A stretch of DNA of 64,000 nt from an uncultured Lachnospiraceae bacterium (lineage in GTDB: Bacteria > Bacillota > Clostridia > Lachnospirales > Lachnospiraceae), in assembly GCA_964481705.1 (NCBI GenBank), contig CAYZUC010000003.1, positions 608-64,607 on the forward strand. The letters run 5' to 3'. A program made the position numbers and the translations under genes. Under the pieces are notes generated by a model, which was not told the DNA's origin, did no database searches, and worked only from the letters and a program-made list of their open reading frames with translations. Below, piece after piece: positions 63,558 to 64,000 of the stretch (positions are counted from its first letter, which is position 1; each line of letters starts with the position of its first letter).

Positions 63558-64000
63558 AAGGACCCTTCCGTTTTTTAAATATCGAAGTATTCATCTGTTC
63601 TACGCCAGTTGCAAGGGGTTCAAAAAAATCAGAGCGTAGAGCAGTTATCGTATATTCCACACGAACCTGCTTTCCTCTTGGAATGTTTTCCAAAATCATC
63701 TGGGGATCGTCTGTATGATATAATATCGTATGTTCCGGAAAAACCATACCATTCACACTAACCTCGTCCATACCGAAATCATGAAGTCTGATCATGCAGG
63801 GATAAGCAGTCGGATCGATTCTTACAGATTGTACCTCCGGCTCTGGTGTAAATTCCAAGGTGACACGGTCATCCTCATCGACGCTTGCAGAATAAAAGCA
63901 TGTGTTTTCTTCTGAGAAACCATTTCCTTTATCGAAGTATACTTTTACCCTGTCTTTTCTTGGCAATAGGTCACCAAATCTTTTTAATTTTGTGAGCTTC
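63523..64000 (-). CDS. C-terminal part of a larger protein of unknown function (the 5' end lies beyond the window)
   Basis: The track ORF 63523-63966 starts at a TTG, but the same frame stays open to position 64000 (KLTKLKRFGDLLPRKDRVKVYFDKGNGF...). It is therefore a fragment. The sequence looks beta-rich and I recognise no motif. Confidence 0.6.
   Translation of the reverse strand, partial: KLTKLKRFGDLLPRKDRVKVYFDKGNGFSEENTCFYSASVDEDDRVTLEFTPEPEVQSVRIDPTAYPCMIRLHDFGMDEVSVNGMVFPEHTILYHTDDPQMILENIPRGKQVRVEYTITALRSDFFEPLATGVEQMNTSIFKKRKGPYEKVRLSTKTR

Overview
The window looks like a chromosomal segment of a low-GC Firmicute (Clostridia/Lachnospiraceae-like by protein sequence style, GGAGG-type ribosome-binding sites (RBS) and extended -10 promoters). 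Nearly every gene is on the minus strand. The content is dominated by cell-envelope biogenesis.

- **1-5979:** two overlapping ABC exporter genes, cardiolipin synthase, a corrinoid adenosyltransferase and a short-chain dehydrogenase/reductase (SDR).
- **6131-8881 (+):** an MBOAT O-acyltransferase with a DltD/PatB-like partner whose N-terminus appears frameshifted.
- **Glycan locus A, 8904-20382:** five glycosyltransferases, a pyruvyl transferase, an orphan P-loop protein, a fused ABC exporter, a PdaB-like deacetylase and a cytoplasmic GH2 hydrolase.
- **20458-22483:** an orphan 275-aa protein, MgtC and a repeat-containing lipoprotein.
- **22755-35753 (co-directional block):** a second MBOAT/DltD-like pair, three paralogous secreted proteins built from FN3-like arrays plus a Big_2-like module (one fused to an Amidase_3 domain), and two lipoproteins.
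- **35910-44200:** carbamate kinase, LspA, a Csp-like S8 protease, a ClpX with a long acidic insertion, HtrA and GlmS.
- **Glycan locus B, 44204-64000:** an LCP ligase, a polyprenyl-phosphate sugar-phosphate transferase, several GT2 enzymes, a kinase/HAD/nucleotidyltransferase cassette, two lipid-carrier side-chain glycosylation modules, a SASA-type esterase and a phosphoglucomutase.

I found no rRNA, tRNA, CRISPR array, transposase, integrase or transcription factor. The best candidate for something undescribed is the FN3-array/Big_2 surface-protein triad with its amidase, lipoproteins and dedicated O-acyltransferase pair. It sits between two halves of a wall-polysaccharide pathway and has no recognisable wall-anchoring domain. 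All functional calls rest on motifs I read in the translations; no database search was run.
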